64,000 bases of DNA from Verrucomicrobiota bacterium (GTDB lineage: Bacteria; Verrucomicrobiota; Verrucomicrobiia; Limisphaerales; J093), in contig JAOSKK010000038.1 of the NCBI GenBank assembly GCA_027493615.1, positions 1,005,562 to 1,069,561 of the forward strand, in the 5' to 3' direction. A model generated the notes under the pieces. That model ran no database searches and was not told where the DNA came from. It was given only the letters and a program-made list of their open reading frames with translations. Below are positions 23,326 through 33,787 of this stretch, piece by piece. How positions within the stretch are numbered: position 1 is the stretch's first letter; the number at the start of each line of letters is the position of its first letter. The position numbers and the translations under genes are program-made.

Positions 23326-24792
23326 ATGAAAACCCATTACCTTGCCTGCGACCTCGGTGCCGAGAGCGGCCGTCTCATGCTCGGGACCCTCGAGGACGGC
23401 CGGCTGACGCTGACCGAGCTCCACCGGTTTCCGAACACCCCCATCGACGAAGGCGACCGGTTGCTCTGGAACCTGCCGGCCCTGCTCGACGAGGTGACGG
23501 TGGGCCTCAAGAAGGCTGCGGCTCTCCAAGTCCCCATCGCGAGCATCAGCACGGACTCGTGGGGGGTGGACTATGTGCTCTACGACGAGGCCGGCGCGCG
23601 GTTGGACCCGGTGTATCACTATCGCGACGCCCGGACCGCGCAGGGGGTGGAGAGTGTCCTGGCCAGGCTGAGCTGGCCCCGGATCTTCGCCGAGACCGGC
23701 CTCCAGTTCCTGCCGTTCAACACGCTCTTCCAGCTTGCGGCGGAATCCCCGACCGGCTGGCGAGTGCCGACCGGATCCTGGGGGTGGGCGATGCCTTCAA
23801 TCACTGGCTGGGCGGGCGGCCCTGCTACGAGGAGTCGCTGGCCAGCACGACACAGCTTTATGACCCGCGGATCCGGGCCTGGTCCCGGACGTTGCTCGAC
23901 GCCCTGGGCCTGCGGGCCGACCTATTCCCGGCCATTGTGCCTTCGGGAACGCGGTTGGGTCCGTTGCGCGCGGATCTGGCGGCCGAGACGGGCTTGCGGG
24001 GCGTCGAGGTGGTGGCCAGTTGTTCGCATGACACCGGGGCGGCGGTCGCCGCCGTGCCGGCCCAGGGTGATGACTGGGCCTACCTGAGCTCGGGCACGTG
24101 GTCCCTCATGGGCGTTGAACTGTCGCGGCCGGTGTTGGACGACCGGGTGCGCGAGCTCAACTTCACCAACGAAATCGGGTTTGGCGGGTCGGTCCGGTTC
24201 CTCAAGAACATCATCGGCCTCTGGATGGTCCAGGAATGCCGCCGGGAATGGGCCCGGCAGGGTGAGGACTACGACTACGCCGCCCTGGCGCAGCGCGCGG
24301 CTGAGGCCCCGGCTTTCGCGGCCCTGGTGAATCCGGCGGACCCGCGGTTTGTGAGCCCGGGGGATATGCCGGGGAAGATCGCGGCGTTCTGCCGGGAACA
24401 TGGTCAGCCGGAGCCCACCACCCCGGGCGCCTTCATCCGCTGCATTCTTGAAAGCCTGGCGTTGCTCTATCGAAAGACCCTCCGCGAGCTTGCCAGCGTG
24501 ACCGGTCGGAAGCTGGGGCGACTCCACATCGTCGGGGGGCAGTCGCAACGCCCTGCTGAACCAGTTCGCCGCGAATGCCTGTCAGGTCCCGGTCGTCACC
24601 GGCCCGGTGGAGGCGACCGCCGCCGGGAATGTGCTGGTGCAGGCCATCGGGCTCGGACATCTGCCCTCCCTGGCCGCGGCGCGCGAGGTGGTGCGGAACT
24701 CCTTCGACACCGGCGTCGTCGAGCCGGCCGATGCCACGGTTTGGGACGCCGCCAATGCCCGTTTCGAGCCGTTGCTCGCAGCCCGCGCCTGA
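23326..24792 (+). CDS. rhaB: Rhamnulokinase (FGGY family), two frameshifts
   Basis: LACDLGAESGR, DSWGVDY, HDTGAAV, LSSGTWSL, NFTNE, GPVEATAAGN. Confidence 0.88.
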
Positions 24793-24827
24793 GCTGCACG
24801 CCGCCCGCCCCCGCATCTCGACTCCCC

Positions 24828-25862
24828 ATGGGTTTCGCCGACCTCCAGCCGCTTCCGCCAGGGATTGCGCTGTTCCAGCGAAGCCTCGAGCGCGGCCGGC
24901 TCGGACATGCGTATTTGCTGACGGGCGACGCCATGAGCGAGCTGGAACCCGCGGCGCTGATGCTGGCCAAGACGCTCAACTGCCAGTCACCCCCTCGCCA
25001 GTCGTCCCATGGTGTGGGGCTGGATTACTGCGACGTCTGCCCGGCCTGCCGGAAGATTGGCCAGGAGGTACACGCGGACGTGCGCTGGCTCCGCCCCGAA
25101 TCGAAGCTGCGGGTGATCCTGGTCGAGCAGATCCGGACGTTGCTCGAAGCGGTCTATCTCAAGCCGACCGAGGGACGCTACAAGGTGGCGATCCTGGTGG
25201 GCGCCGACCGGTTGAACACGCAGGCGGCCAATGCGTTCCTCAAGACGCTGGAGGAACCACCGGACCGCTGCGTCATGCTGCTGTTGACCACCGACCCCCA
25301 GCGGGTCATCGAGACCGTGCGCTCCCGCTGTCTGCGTCTGCCGCTGGGCGGTGGCGAACGGGCGGTCGCCTCCGGCCCCGTGCTGGCCTGGGTGAAGGCT
25401 TTCGCTGAACAAGCCGCGGCGGCTCCAGGCAGCCTGCTCGCCCGCTACCGGCTGCTGGGCGGGTTGCTGGCCGAGCTGGAGCAGCGGCGCGCGGCGACCA
25501 CCCAGGCCTTGACGGCCCGTTCGCCCCTCGAACGTCAGGAAGACGCCGAGCCCGGCCTGCGCGAGCGATGGGAAACCGAACTGGCGGCGGCCATCGAGGC
25601 TGAGAACCGGCGTCAGCGCGCCGAATTGCTCGCCGCCCTGCAATGGTGGCTGCGCGATGTCTGGCTGCGGGCGCAGGGCCTGGGGGCCGAACGACTCAGC
25701 CTGCCCGAGCTGGCGGACAGTACCGAAACCGTGGCGCGAAGGGTCTCCCCGGCGGCGGCGGCGGCGAACTTGCGCGGCATCGAGCGCACCCAGCGTCTCC
25801 TGGCCACGAACGTGCAGGAGGCCCTCGCCCTCGAGGTCGCCCTGCTGACCTTGCGCCTCTGA
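24828..25862 (+). CDS. holB: DNA polymerase III delta-prime subunit
   Basis: GRLGHAYL, CDVCPAC zinc site, AANAFLKTLEEPP, TVRSRC. Confidence 0.92.
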   Translation: MGFADLQPLPPGIALFQRSLERGRLGHAYLLTGDAMSELEPAALMLAKTLNCQSPPRQSSHGVGLDYCDVCPACRKIGQEVHADVRWLRPESKLRVILVEQIRTLLEAVYLKPTEGRYKVAILVGADRLNTQAANAFLKTLEEPPDRCVMLLLTTDPQRVIETVRSRCLRLPLGGGERAVASGPVLAWVKAFAEQAAAAPGSLLARYRLLGGLLAELEQRRAATTQALTARSPLERQEDAEPGLRERWETELAAAIEAENRRQRAELLAALQWWLRDVWLRAQGLGAERLSLPELADSTETVARRVSPAAAAANLRGIERTQRLLATNVQEALALEVALLTLRL

Positions 25863-25868
25863 ACCGTC

Positions 25869-27113
25869 TCAGATCGTGATCACCCGGACCCGGCGACCGT
25901 CCTGCACCCCGTCGCCCGGATAAAGGATCACCGGCGCGCCCGCCTCGAGCCCGCTGCGAATCTGCGTCTCCGTTCCGCTCGAACGGCCCGGCTCAACCGA
26001 GCGCAGTCGGGCGCGCCCCTCCGACACCACAAACACCTGCCACTGGTCGCCGCGTCGGAACAACGCCCCGGCCGGCACTTTCAGCACATCGGGGTCTTCC
26101 CAGAGAATGATTCGTGCCTCGACCCGGAATTGATCGCCCAGGCCGCGTCGCGCCTCCGGCGGATCGACAAAATCCGCGATCACGCGGACCCGCTGCTCCT
26201 CGACGCCGAGGGCCGAGACCTTGGTGAAGGCGGCCGGCTCCACCCGGCGCACCTGCGCGCGCAACGGTCGATGGTCCCCCCACTGCACCAGCTCGACCGG
26301 CGTTCCTGGCGACAGCGTCGCGCCGTCCCTCGACAGCACCTCGATCACCACCTCGAGGTCGGTCGGATCGCCGATCTCGAGCAAGGGTTGGCCGGCGCTG
26401 ACGACCCGGGCGTTCTCCTCGAACACCCGGAGCACCGCGCCACTGGCCGGGGCCTTCACCTCGACCGGTTGCGGCGGGGCGCCGGAAGCCGGATGGCCGC
26501 CGACGACTTCGGAAAGCTCGGCCTCGGCCTGGCGCAAGGCGCTTTCCGCGGCCGCCGCTTCACCCTCCGCGGATTCCTGCCGCCAACGGGCCGCCTCGAC
26601 CTCCTGGATCGAGACCACCTGCTCAGCGAACAGCTTCTCGAACCGTTCGCGCTCGCTCGTCGCCCACACCAGGGCCCGACGCGCCGTGTCCAGGCGGGCC
26701 ACCGCCGCGTCCCGGCGCGCCTCCGCCGCCGTCCGGCTCCGGACATCCAGCAGCAACGGAAGCACCGGCTCGATCATCGCCACGACCGTCTCGCCGGCCG
26801 TCACGGCGTCGCCCGGATCCAGGGTGATGCGGCGCAATTGGCCGGTGACCGGCGCCGACACGGTGAAGCGCTGCCGAACCCGCGTCTTGCCCTCCTCGTT
26901 CACGGTGGCCCGCAGCGGGCCCCTGGCCACCGGTGCTGTTTCGACCGGCACGGGCTTGGGCCAGAGCCCGGCGGCGAGCAGACTGGCCAGCAACAGCGCG
27001 CCCAACCATGGGATCAGCCGGCTCCACCGGCGCGACACCGGGCGCGGACGCGAGACGTTCCCCGGTGCCCCGCGAACGGACGCCGTCGGAGCGGGATTTT
27101 CAGTGCGGATCAT
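25869..27113 (-). CDS. Efflux periplasmic adaptor (membrane fusion protein)
   Basis: N-terminal TM, EEGKTRVR, coiled coil, AFTKVSALGVEEQRV. Confidence 0.9.
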   Translation of the reverse strand: MIRTENPAPTASVRGAPGNVSRPRPVSRRWSRLIPWLGALLLASLLAAGLWPKPVPVETAPVARGPLRATVNEEGKTRVRQRFTVSAPVTGQLRRITLDPGDAVTAGETVVAMIEPVLPLLLDVRSRTAAEARRDAAVARLDTARRALVWATSERERFEKLFAEQVVSIQEVEAARWRQESAEGEAAAAESALRQAEAELSEVVGGHPASGAPPQPVEVKAPASGAVLRVFEENARVVSAGQPLLEIGDPTDLEVVIEVLSRDGATLSPGTPVELVQWGDHRPLRAQVRRVEPAAFTKVSALGVEEQRVRVIADFVDPPEARRGLGDQFRVEARIILWEDPDVLKVPAGALFRRGDQWQVFVVSEGRARLRSVEPGRSSGTETQIRSGLEAGAPVILYPGDGVQDGRRVRVITI

Positions 27114-29475
27114 TCAGGAGCCTTGAGCACGCCGACGAGGTTCAGCCGGTTGAGACGGCGGAGCACGACCAGCGCGGAGCCGGTCGACGCCACGGCCACC
27201 GTGGCCACGGCAAACGCATAGTTCGACGAAGTCAGGATCACCGGCAGCCGGACGGTCTCGGTGTTGACCGCGTTCACGATGGCCGTGGCAAAACCGGTGC
27301 CCAGCAAGAGCCCGACTGGGACGGAGATCAACGCCAGGATCACCAGCTCGGTGATCAGCACCGTCCCCACCTCGTGTCGCGAAAAGCCGATGACGCGCAG
27401 GGTCGCCAACTCGCGGGCACGTTCGGCCAGCGAGATGCGGGCGTTGTTGTAGACCACGCCGAACGCCACGATCATCGCGAAGGCCATGTAGATCTTCTGG
27501 AACAGGTTAATGCTTGCCGCCGTCGTCCGCCGGAAGTTGTCCCGCAACGTGGCCTTGACCGCCACCCAGCTCACCCGGGGCAAATCCTTCAGCGCCCGTA
27601 AGAAATCCGCGCGGTGCCGTCGGTCCAGCCGGAAACTGGCCCCCGTGAGCATGTCGCCTTCGCCCAACATCCGGTTCAACGCCCGCAGGTCCATGTACGC
27701 GGCCACCCCGGCCAGGTCCTCGGCCAACCCCACCAGTGGCACCACCCGCGTCATCCGCCGGCCTTCAAGCACCTCGACGACCAGAGGATCGCCCACCCGC
27801 GCCTGGAGCACTTCCGCGAGCTTGGCCGAAAGCACCAGCCCATCCGCCGGCAGCGGGATCCGCCGGTACCGGGCATCGATCACCCGGTTGTGCCGTGCAT
27901 CCGGCACCTGCCCCTGCAACGCCAACTGCCGGCTCCGATGCCCGTGCCGAATCCGCGCGAACGCCGTCCGGAACGGTTCCACCGCCACCACCCCCGGCAG
28001 CCGTTCGAACAGGTGCCCGACCGATTCGTGCGCCGGCTCGACCAGCCCCACGCTCATGTCCTGGCGCTGCACCACGTCCCACTGGAAGTCCAGCACCTGG
28101 CTCACCGAATCCCGAAACGCATTGGGCACCACCAGAATCCCCGTCGCCAGCGCCAGCCCCGCCACTGTGAACACCGCCTGCCACGGCTTCCGTTCCAGGT
28201 TGCGGATCGCGATCCGGAACGTGTGCGAAAACCAGCGGCTGATTCCCGTGCGCTCCACAAACGCCGGGCGGTAGTTGGCCGGTGGCTCGGGACGCATCGC
28301 CTCCGCCGGCGGCAGCCGGGCCGCCCGCCGCACCGCACTGAACACCCCCAACGCCGCCGCCCCCGTGCTGATCACCAGCGCCAGCCCGACCGCCGATTGG
28401 TCCAGCCGGAACTCGAGCGAGGGGAAACGGAAGAACACCGTGTAAAGCCTCACAATCCGGTGCCCCAGCACCACCCTCCCACCCCGCCGAGCAGCGTCCC
28501 GCCGGCGACCATGACAAACGCGAACTTCAGGTAGTGCAGCACGATCTGGTGGTTCGTGAAGCCAAACGCTTTCAGAATCGCGATCTGTTCTCGCTGCAAC
28601 GCCAGCAACCGCGACAGCACTGCGTTCGTCATGAACGCTGCCACGCTCAGAAACACCACCGGAAACCCCACCGCCAGCGTGCTCAATACCCGGATCTCAT
28701 CCGACACCCGGATGTGCGAAGGGTGATCCGCCCGCCCGTAGGCACCGCGCCCGCCATAGGGCACCAGCATCCGGTCCAGCGCCGCAATCACCGGCCGTTC
28801 GCCCGCCCCCGGATCGAGACGCAGACTCAGATGGTTGAACGCCCCGTCGAGGTCGAACGCCGCCGCCAGTTCCCGGTACGACATCCAGAAGATCCCGTAC
28901 GTCCGGTTGTCCGGCAGCGCCGTCCCCGGCCGCGACTCGAAGATGTACTCGGGCGACAGCACGATGCCGGCGAGGTCCAGCGTCTGGCGTCGGCCGTTCA
29001 ATAGCATGGTGACGGTGTCCCCGGCCGGAGCCCGTTCGCCTCGGCAAAGGCCTCACCCACGAGCACCTCGTTCCGCCGCCCCGGCGTCAGCCAGCGTCCC
29101 GCACGGAGATGCAGGCCGTTGAGGCGCGGTTCCCCGAAGTCGGGGAGCGACAACACCTGCCCGCTGGCGGGTTCGTCCAGGTCGGGGAGGTCCAGCGTGA
29201 TCTGCGATGCGATGCTGGGCTGCACCACGGTCACGCCTGGGGAGGGCGGCCACCTGCTCGGCCACGAACAGCGGCGCGCGTTTCAGGTGCACAAACACGT
29301 CGGCGAAACGCTTGGCCTGGTAGTACTCCTGGCGGGTGCTCTCGAGCGAGTGGATCAGACTCCGCGCCATGATCATCATGGCCAGCCCGCACGCCATCAC
29401 CAACGCCACGGCCACGGCCTGACCCTTCATGCGGCTCAGGTCGCGCACCAGCTTGCGATCCAGATGGGCGAGCAT
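27110..29475 (-). CDS. FtsX/MacB-like ABC transporter permease, two frameshifts
   Basis: LDRKLVRDL start, QREQIAILKAFG and ERARELATLRVIGF FtsX motifs. Confidence 0.9.
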
Positions 29476-29562
29476 CACATCACATCGGGGCCCGACACCT
29501 AGCCAGTTTCCTCCCACCGAGGCAAGCGCGCTCTCGGGCCGGATCCTCCATCTCCATCGCTC

Positions 29563-29634
29563 GTAGGCGCCGACGTCAGGAGGCCTCGTGGGTCCAGGGT
29601 CACGCGACCCCCGCCTCCTCACGTCGGCGCCTAC
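29563..29634. repeat. GTAG-type REP-like element (family A)
   Basis: GTAGGCGCCGACGTCAGGAGGC ... GCCTCCTCACGTCGGCGCCTAC. Confidence 0.9.
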
Positions 29635-29723
29635 GCACTGCGCGCGCCTACCCACTTGCACCCGGTCACCCCTATGGCTAGCCTCCGACGTCTCCCAACA
29701 AATCGTGGCAGCACCTTCGGAAT

Positions 29724-31052
29724 ATGAAACGACGCGACTTCCTCCGCTCGACCGCCGTCACCGGCGCCAGTGTCCTGATCCTTCCCCGCACCCGGCTCTT
29801 CGGTGCCGATGCCCCCAGCAACAAGCTCAACATCGCCCTGCTGGGCACGTGGGGCCGCGGCGAGGCCCACTTCAACGCCATCGCCAGTGAAAACGTCGTC
29901 GCCCTCTGCGACGTCAACGAGGAACACCTGGCGTTCGGTGCCAAGCGCTTCCCCGCCGCCAAGACCTACGTGGACTGGCGCAAATGCCTCGACCAAAAAG
30001 ACGTCAACGCCGTCGTCTGCTGCACCGCCGACCACACCCACGCCTTCGTGGCCAACTGGGCGATGAACCGCGACCAGCACGTGTACATGGAAAAGCCCCT
30101 CGCCAACAGCGTCGAGGAAGCCCGCGTTGTCCGCGCCAAGTACCTCCAGAAGCGGACCAAGCTCGCCACCCAGGTCGGCATGCAGCGCCACGCCCACGAG
30201 AACTTCAACCGCCTGCGCGAACTCGTGCACGACGGCGCCATCGGCGACCTCGAATCCGCCTGCGCCTGGGGCAACCGTCGTCTGCCCCGACCCGGCTATC
30301 TGCCCGCCCAGGGCGAACCCCCGCCGCATCTCCACTACGACCTCTGGATCGGCCCCTCGCCTTTCCACCCGTACAACCCCGGTTATTTCGCCGGCGGCCC
30401 GGGCATGAACTGTCTTTCCTGGAACATGTACTGGGATTTCGGCAGCGGGCAGGTGGGGGACATGGGCAGCCACACCATGGACCTCGTGTGGAACGTCATC
30501 GATCCCGACCTCCCTGTGTCGGCCGAGGCCAAGGGCGATCCCTACAACCCCGACGTGACGCCCGTGAAGCTCGAAGCCCACTTCGAGCTGCCGGCCAACG
30601 CCTGGCGTCGCGCGCTCCCCGTGGCCTGGTACCAGGGCGGGGCCATGCCCGAGACACCGATCAAGTTCATCGACCTTAATCAAATCGACCACGGCGCCCT
30701 CTTCGAAGGCAGCCGCGGCTCGATTGTCGCGGATTTCACCAACCGCGTCCTGTTCCCGAGCGGTCGCGACGCCGACCTCACCTACTACCGGCCGCGGACG
30801 AAGGACAAGCTGATCCCGCCGCTGGGCGATTTCCAGAAGCAGTGGATCAACGCCTGCAAGGGCAGCCTCAAGACCTCCTGCGACTTCGATTACGGCGGCA
30901 CGATGATCGAGACCCTGCTCCTGGGTCTGGTCGCGTATCGCGCCGGCCGCAAGATCGCTTACGACGGCGCTGCCGGCCGGGTCACTGCGCCTGAGGAAGC
31001 CAACGCGTTTCTCCGCCGCACCTACCGGCCGGGTTGGACCTTGAACGGTTGA
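29724..31052 (+). CDS. Tat-exported Gfo/Idh/MocA oxidoreductase
   Basis: KRRDFL, ALCDV, ADHTH, YMEKPL, GDMGSH. Confidence 0.92.
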   Translation: MKRRDFLRSTAVTGASVLILPRTRLFGADAPSNKLNIALLGTWGRGEAHFNAIASENVVALCDVNEEHLAFGAKRFPAAKTYVDWRKCLDQKDVNAVVCCTADHTHAFVANWAMNRDQHVYMEKPLANSVEEARVVRAKYLQKRTKLATQVGMQRHAHENFNRLRELVHDGAIGDLESACAWGNRRLPRPGYLPAQGEPPPHLHYDLWIGPSPFHPYNPGYFAGGPGMNCLSWNMYWDFGSGQVGDMGSHTMDLVWNVIDPDLPVSAEAKGDPYNPDVTPVKLEAHFELPANAWRRALPVAWYQGGAMPETPIKFIDLNQIDHGALFEGSRGSIVADFTNRVLFPSGRDADLTYYRPRTKDKLIPPLGDFQKQWINACKGSLKTSCDFDYGGTMIETLLLGLVAYRAGRKIAYDGAAGRVTAPEEANAFLRRTYRPGWTLNG

Positions 31053-31068
31053 GCCGGCGGGGGAATGA

Positions 31069-31169
31069 AAAGCGGCGCTGGAAGACGCCGCACTCCAAAC
31101 GCGTTGCGCCTGCAGGGCGGTGAGGTGGTCGCGAAGCGTGTGGAGTGCGGCGTCTTCCAGCGCCGCTTT
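31069..31169. repeat. Single palindromic element (family B) with 29-bp perfect inverted arms
   Basis: AAAGCGGCGCTGGAAGACGCCGCACTCCA ... TGGAGTGCGGCGTCTTCCAGCGCCGCTTT. Confidence 0.9.
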
Positions 31170-31229
31170 GCCGTGCGTGTTGTCGCCCCCGGCATTGACC
31201 CCGTCGCGGCCTGGCCCTAAGCAAGGCGG

Positions 31230-31932
31230 ATGAAGATTGCGCTGTTCGGCGTTCAACGCCTCCCGGTGGGCCGTCACAACCTCCGGGACCCCCGCCTCGA
31301 CCAGGCCGACCAACTGGTCGAGGCCAAGAAAAAGACCTACGCCCAGGTGGACGTCGTCGGGGAAGAGGAAACGCTCACCGCCGACGCCATTCTCACCTCG
31401 CGTCCGGCCCTGGGCGATCTGCTCACCAAAGACCTGGATTTCGTCGAAGCCCGGCTCGGACGCGATCCGGGCGCCGCGGAGAAGGCCGTGCTCGAGAAGC
31501 TGGCGGAGGCGCTGGTGAGCGAGTTGACGGTGCTGCAGCAGGGGTTGGCGCCCGACGAACTGCAGGCGATTGCGGCCCACAATTTCCACACGAACAAGCC
31601 GGTGGTGGTGGCCGAGGAAGCCGAGTTGGACGAACCGGCGACCCTGCTGCTGCGCGCCTACCAGGCCAGTGGTTGGATCAGCTTCTTCACCGTCGGCGGC
31701 AAAGAAAACCGCGCCTGGCCGATCCGCGCCGGCACGACGGCCTGGGAAGCGGCCGGCACGATTCACACCGACATCCAGAAGGGCTTCATCCGCGCGGAAG
31801 TGATCAGCTTCGCGGACCTGGTCGAGGCCGGGGGGCGAGACCGAGGCGAAGCGCGCGGGCAAACAGCGGCTCGAGCTCAAGACCTACGTGGTCCAGGACT
31901 GCGACGTGTTGAATTTCCGGTTCAACAAGTAG
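31230..31932 (+). CDS. Shortened YchF-like protein (DUF933 C-terminal domain), frameshift near 31835
   Basis: TNKP, SFFTVG...RAWPI...AAGTIHTDIQKGFIRAEV, YVVQDCDVLNFRFN; no GxxxxGKS. Confidence 0.8.
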
Positions 31933-31973
31933 CCTGAAGCCGGGTTGAAATCTCGACGACAGCGCGAGGCATC

Positions 31974-33239
31974 ATGATCAAAGAACTGCGGCTGGAACGG
32001 TGGAAGAGTTTCCTCACCGCGACTCTTCACTTGGACCCCCTGACGATCCTCATCGGCGCGAACGCGAGCGGCAAGTCCAACGTCTTGGATGCCCTGGACT
32101 TCCTCAGCCACGTCGCCCAGGGGAAGGAGTTTTCCACGATCCTGCAAAGTGACTCGAAGCCTGCGGGCTTCCGGGGAGGAGCCGAATGGGCATCCCTCAA
32201 GCCGGAGGTGTCCTTCACCGTGTCGGCGCTGGTAGAGACCGACCAGCGAAACGTGGATTACCTCTACAGCATCACGGTCCAAACGGTGCCGAAACCAACC
32301 CTGCTCGCCGAATCCCTGCTCCGACTGAAATACCGGCCGCGGTCAAACTCGAAACCCTACACCCTGAAGCTGTTTTGGACGGAGCCTTGCGAGGATGGCG
32401 CTCCAGCGATTACGGCCAAACTGTACAACACGACGCGCGGCACACCGCGCCAGGCCCAGCGTTCCGCCTCGGTGCTGGGTCAATTGAAACTCTCGGCGTC
32501 CACGTTACGCCGCGAGATCACGGAAGGAGTGCAATGCGTCCTGGAAGCCTTGGGCAAGATCTTCGTGCTCAACCCGATTCCGTCCCACATGCGTTACTTC
32601 AGCCCGCTCGCCGAGCGTTTGGCGCATGACGCCTCCAACATCGCGGGCGTGCTAGCGGCGTTGCCGGAGGATCGCAAGCAGGCGGTCGAGGCCACCCTGC
32701 AGCACTATGTCAAGGATCTGCCGGAGAAGGACATTCAGAGGGTTTGGACCGAAAAAGTGGGCCCGTTCCAGACGGACGCCGTGTTGCTCTGCGAAGAGGC
32801 TTGGCGCCAGGGTGCACTCCCGACGAAGGTGGACGCACGGGCGATGTCGGATGGTACGCTACGCTTCCTAGCGATCTTGACGGCTTTGCTGACGCTGCCC
32901 GAAAAGTCGCAGTTGATCGTCGAGGAGGTGGATAACGGCCTCCATCCCGCCCGGTCGGACGTGCTGCTGCGGATGTTGCGGACGGTCGGGGGCGACCGAC
33001 GGGTGGACGTGCTGGTCTCGACCCACAACCCGGCGCTCCTCAACCGACTGGGCCCGGACATGGTCCCGTTCGTTATGGTGACGCATCGGGACCCCCAAAG
33101 CGGGCTGAGCCAGTTAACCGTCCTGGAGGACCTGTCCGGCCTGCCGAAGCTCATGGCGCTGGGGCCGCTCGGCGAGGTCGCGGCGAGCGGTGCACTCGAA
33201 CGTTGCCTTGAGGCCAATGGAGGTCGGCATGCCCAGTAA
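31974..33239 (+). CDS. Soluble ABC-type ATPase (AAA_21/AAA_15-like)
   Basis: Walker A GANASGKSN, signature MSDGT, Walker B IVEEVDNGLH, H-loop STHN; no TM segments. Confidence 0.9.
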   Translation: MIKELRLERWKSFLTATLHLDPLTILIGANASGKSNVLDALDFLSHVAQGKEFSTILQSDSKPAGFRGGAEWASLKPEVSFTVSALVETDQRNVDYLYSITVQTVPKPTLLAESLLRLKYRPRSNSKPYTLKLFWTEPCEDGAPAITAKLYNTTRGTPRQAQRSASVLGQLKLSASTLRREITEGVQCVLEALGKIFVLNPIPSHMRYFSPLAERLAHDASNIAGVLAALPEDRKQAVEATLQHYVKDLPEKDIQRVWTEKVGPFQTDAVLLCEEAWRQGALPTKVDARAMSDGTLRFLAILTALLTLPEKSQLIVEEVDNGLHPARSDVLLRMLRTVGGDRRVDVLVSTHNPALLNRLGPDMVPFVMVTHRDPQSGLSQLTVLEDLSGLPKLMALGPLGEVAASGALERCLEANGGRHAQ

Positions 33240-33741
33240 GCATGTGATGATTCTCGACACGTCGGTCCTCTGCGTTTGGCTCAAGGTGCCTGGCAAGGAG
33301 ACCTGCGGCTCCGGCCCATCGAGTCTGGACTTCGACAGGGTCGACAAGGAGATACAGACGGCCATCCAGATGGAGTACACGCTGGTGCTGCCGCTTGCAT
33401 CCATCATCGAAACGGGCAACCACATCGCCCAAGCGCCCCAGTGGCGCTACGAACGAGCGTCGGCCCTGGCCGAGTTGAAGGCGCAGGCGGCCGACCAAAC
33501 CACGCCATGGGCGGCCTTCAGTGACCAACAGCTCCAATGGTCTCCGGGCGGTCTGAAAGCCCTGGCCGCCGGCTGGCCAAACCTCGCCGCACAGAAGCTC
33601 TCCTTGGGTGACGCCACCATCGCCTTAGTGGCCGACTACTACGCTCAAATGGGCTGCGAAGTCGAGCTGTACACGGGTGACAAGGGGCTACAGCGGCATC
33701 AGGCTGTCACGCCTCCCGTGCGACCCAGACGGCGAAGGTGA
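33229..33741 (+). CDS. PIN-domain protein (putative RNase)
   Basis: ILDTSV, IETGNH, LGDATI, YTGDKGL acidic tetrad; overlaps the ATPase stop by 11 bp. Confidence 0.75.
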   Translation: MPSKHVMILDTSVLCVWLKVPGKETCGSGPSSLDFDRVDKEIQTAIQMEYTLVLPLASIIETGNHIAQAPQWRYERASALAELKAQAADQTTPWAAFSDQQLQWSPGGLKALAAGWPNLAAQKLSLGDATIALVADYYAQMGCEVELYTGDKGLQRHQAVTPPVRPRRRR

Positions 33742-33787
33742 CTTTGGGCTGAAGAAGCCCGCTGCGCCGTTGGCGAAGCCCCTCATC

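Noticed and set aside
23559-25862. Rhamnulokinase-HolB fusion (767-aa ORF)
   Set aside because: The true kinase C-terminus is in another frame ending at 24792; the fusion results from an indel near 24540.
31974-33741. Assignment to PARIS or Septu
   Set aside because: The partner has PIN motifs, not TOPRIM or HNH motifs.
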